From positions 128,001-192,000 of the forward strand of contig OY970194.1 in NCBI GenBank assembly GCA_963708075.1: 64,000 bases of DNA. The letters run 5' to 3'. Origin of the DNA: Sedimentisphaerales bacterium (GTDB lineage: Bacteria > Planctomycetota > Phycisphaerae > Sedimentisphaerales > Anaerobacaceae). This document shows, in pieces, positions 61,601-64,000 of the stretch; position 1 is the first letter of the stretch, and the number at the start of each line of letters is the position of its first letter. The notes below the pieces were generated by a model. That model was not told where the DNA came from. It saw only the letters and a program-made list of their open reading frames with translations, and made no database searches. Made by a program: the position numbers and the translations under genes.

Positions 61601-63475
61601 ATGCAGAATTTCGACTGGAAAGCCAAGTACAAAGATAAGATCAAGACGGCCGCGGCGGCGATGAAGCTGGTCAAGTCCGGCAACAGTATTTTCATCGGCA
61701 CGGGATGCGCCCAGCCGCAGCACCTCGTGCAAGCCATGGTCGAGCACTCCGACCATATCTACGACGCGCATATCGTGCACCTGCTGACCATGGGCGATGC
61801 GCCCTATATCCGCGAGCAGTTCCGCGACAAGTTCAAAATGAACAGTTTCTTCATCGCGGAGAACGTGCGCGACGCGATAGAGAAAGGAATCGGCGATTAT
61901 ACGCCGATCTTTCTGTCGGAGATCCCGGCGGAGTTTGAGACCGGGCGTATTCCGATCGATGTGGCGATGATCTCCGTAACGCCGCCGGATGTCAACGGCT
62001 TGTGCAGCCTCGGCGTCTCCGTGGATATCGTGCAGGCGGCGGCGTCGAACGCACACTATGTCATCGCCCAGGTCAACAGCCGCATGCCGCGAACCTACGG
62101 CAACAGTTTCATGCACGTGAACACGATTGACGTGCTTGTGCCGTTTGATGAGCCGGTCATAGAGATCCCGATCCCGGAGCCCGATGAAACATTGCGGCGG
62201 ATCGGCGAGAATGTGGCCAGGCTGGTCGATGACGGCAGCACCATCGAGTGCGGCATCGGCCGAATCCCCCAGGCGCTGGCGGAGTACCTGGTATACAAAA
62301 AGGACCTCGGCATCCACACCGAGATGTTCAGCGACTGGATCATCGACCTCATCGACTGCGGCGCGATCACCTGTGCGAAGAAGTCGCTCAACCGCGGCAA
62401 GATCGTCGCAAGCTTCTGCATGGGCTCGCAAAGGCTGTACGACTATATCGACAACAATCCCTTCTTCGAATTCTACCCCACCGAATACGTCAATGATGTG
62501 AATATCATTGCCCAGCACGACCGGATGGTGGCCATCAACGTCGGGCTGGAGATCGACCTGACCGGCCAGGTGTGTGCGGATTCCCTGGGCTACAGGTTCT
62601 ACAGCGGTATCGGCGGACAGGTGGATTTCATTCGCGGGGCGGCCCGAAGCCGCGGCGGCAAGGCGATCATCGCCATGCCCTCGACGGCCAAAGACGGCCA
62701 CGTATCGAGGATCGTGCCGCATCTGACGGAAGGGGCCGGGGTCGTGACCACACGCGGCGACGTCCACTACGTGGCTACCGAATACGGCGTCGCTTACCTG
62801 CACGGCAAGAGCATCCGGCAGAGGGTGCTCGACCTGATCAACATCGCTCATCCGAAATTCCGAAAGGGCCTGATCCAGGCCGCCAAGGCAAGAAACTACA
62901 TCTACCAGGACCAGATCGAGCTGGCCTGGGACCAGGTGAACTATCCGGAGGAACTGGAGCACTACACGACGCTGCGCGACGGGACCGAGATCTTCTTCCG
63001 CCCGATCAAGCCGGTGGACGAGGCAGCCCTGTCGGAGATGCTCTACTCGCTCAGTGAGGAATCTGTGCGGACTCGCTACATGACGCGGACGATGACCTTC
63101 CCTCATAAAGATATTCAGCAACTGACGAATATCGACTACAAGCAGGACCTGGCCATCGTCGGCCTGGTCCCGGGCGTCGGGGGCGAGGATATTGTCGCCA
63201 TGGCGCAGTATTTCCTGGACCCCAAGACCCAGGCGGCGGAGGTAGCCTTCCTCGTGCAGGATGAGTGGCAGCAGAAGGGCATGGGCACGTTCCTGCTGGA
63301 CTATATCACACAGGTCGCCAAGCAACGGGGCGTGAAGCGGTTCTATGCGAAGGTCCTGGGTGACAACAAGCCCATGCTGGCGATCTTCCAGAACTCCGGG
63401 TACAAGGTCAATATCGAGTTCGACGGCGACGTGTACAACATCGCATATGACTTGACCAAAGAGGAACAACCATGA
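61601..63475 (+). CDS. Acetyl-CoA hydrolase/family I CoA-transferase fused to a C-terminal GNAT domain
   Basis: SLGVSVD, GIHTEMFSD, GIGGQVDF, VATEYG, IAHP; GNAT with AEVAFLV…WQQKGMGT, N..ML..F…G. Confidence 0.9.
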   Translation: MQNFDWKAKYKDKIKTAAAAMKLVKSGNSIFIGTGCAQPQHLVQAMVEHSDHIYDAHIVHLLTMGDAPYIREQFRDKFKMNSFFIAENVRDAIEKGIGDYTPIFLSEIPAEFETGRIPIDVAMISVTPPDVNGLCSLGVSVDIVQAAASNAHYVIAQVNSRMPRTYGNSFMHVNTIDVLVPFDEPVIEIPIPEPDETLRRIGENVARLVDDGSTIECGIGRIPQALAEYLVYKKDLGIHTEMFSDWIIDLIDCGAITCAKKSLNRGKIVASFCMGSQRLYDYIDNNPFFEFYPTEYVNDVNIIAQHDRMVAINVGLEIDLTGQVCADSLGYRFYSGIGGQVDFIRGAARSRGGKAIIAMPSTAKDGHVSRIVPHLTEGAGVVTTRGDVHYVATEYGVAYLHGKSIRQRVLDLINIAHPKFRKGLIQAAKARNYIYQDQIELAWDQVNYPEELEHYTTLRDGTEIFFRPIKPVDEAALSEMLYSLSEESVRTRYMTRTMTFPHKDIQQLTNIDYKQDLAIVGLVPGVGGEDIVAMAQYFLDPKTQAAEVAFLVQDEWQQKGMGTFLLDYITQVAKQRGVKRFYAKVLGDNKPMLAIFQNSGYKVNIEFDGDVYNIAYDLTKEEQP

Positions 63476-63483
63476 TCGCCAGA

Positions 63484-63611
63484 CGATTTATGAATTACGA
63501 TTTACCATTTACGATTTCTGCTTGGTGCTTTGGCCCCTCCGGTATTTCCAGGGTGTCGATGTTGCTTCCTCACAATTGTCGATCATCAATGGTAAACCGT
63601 AAATCGTAAAT
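63484..63611. repeat. Inverted pair of heptamer tandem arrays
   Basis: Left CGATTTA TGAATTA CGATTTA CCATTTA CGATTTC; right AATTGTC GATCATC AATGGTA AACCGTA AATCGTA. Confidence 0.75.
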
Positions 63612-64000
63612 GCAAAGATCCGCCTTCATACACTCGCAGGAGATCGAGAAGTACAGTTATCCTGAGGACAGTCCCTTCAAGACCGAGCGTGCCGGCCGAA
63701 CGCGACATGTCTTGCACACGATGGGGCTGCTCTCGGGCGAAGGGATCCGGGAGGTCCCGCCCAAGCCGGCCGACAGAAGGACGCTGAAGAAGTTTCACAC
63801 CGCCCGCTATCTGCATGCCCTGAAGAAGGCCGAGGGAGGCCGGTGGGACCTGGACGCTCTTCACATGGGGCTCGGGACCACCGATTGTCCGATCTTTCGC
63901 GGGATGTATGACTATGCGGTGCTCGCCACAGGAGCGACGCTGGTCGGCGCTGAGCTGATCCTGTCGGGCGAGGTCGATGTGGCCTTCAATCCCTCCGGCG
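63610..64000 (+). CDS. AcuC-like Zn-dependent (HDAC-family) deacetylase, N-terminal part
   Basis: Hand translation: MQRSAFIHS…YPEDSPFKTER…KFHTARYL…GLGTTDCPIF…GAT…AFNPSG; truncated by the window end. Confidence 0.82.
   Translation, partial: MQRSAFIHSQEIEKYSYPEDSPFKTERAGRTRHVLHTMGLLSGEGIREVPPKPADRRTLKKFHTARYLHALKKAEGGRWDLDALHMGLGTTDCPIFRGMYDYAVLATGATLVGAELILSGEVDVAFNPSG

Noticed and set aside
63484..63611. Heptamer arrays as a CRISPR array
   Set aside because: 7-bp tandem units with no spacers and no cas genes.

Overview
GC-rich bacterial chromosome segment from a diderm (lpxB present). The gene repertoire (Tat-exported Gfo/Idh/MocA oxidoreductases, ThuA and SUMF1 proteins, BlaI/M56 pair, many N-methyl prepilins) suggests a planctomycete, possibly Phycisphaerae/Sedimentisphaerales; this is inference. 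About 50 CDS. Left part: exported enzymes, a BlaI/BlaR1-TlpA module, and a partly decayed arsenic/thiol-redox island with an ArsM-CMD fusion, next to hicBA. Middle: lpxB, transporters, a GT2-GtrA-GT-C triple fusion, a methyltransferase with a structured leader, a GH5 and housekeeping genes. Right: a 14-kb T4P/T2SS-hybrid cluster (2x PilB, PilT, PilC, six pilins, GspK-like), then serA, a phosphohexomutase and an operon of ADP-forming acyl-CoA synthetase, CoA-transferase-GNAT fusion and AcuC-like deacetylase. Several families of REP-like palindrome doublets occur, three of them in frame inside proteins. Exported proteins look enriched in a [D/E]-P-N tripeptide. Seven 1-2 nt frameshifts in six otherwise intact genes look like sequencing errors. 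I saw no rRNA, tRNA, CRISPR array, integrase or transposase.
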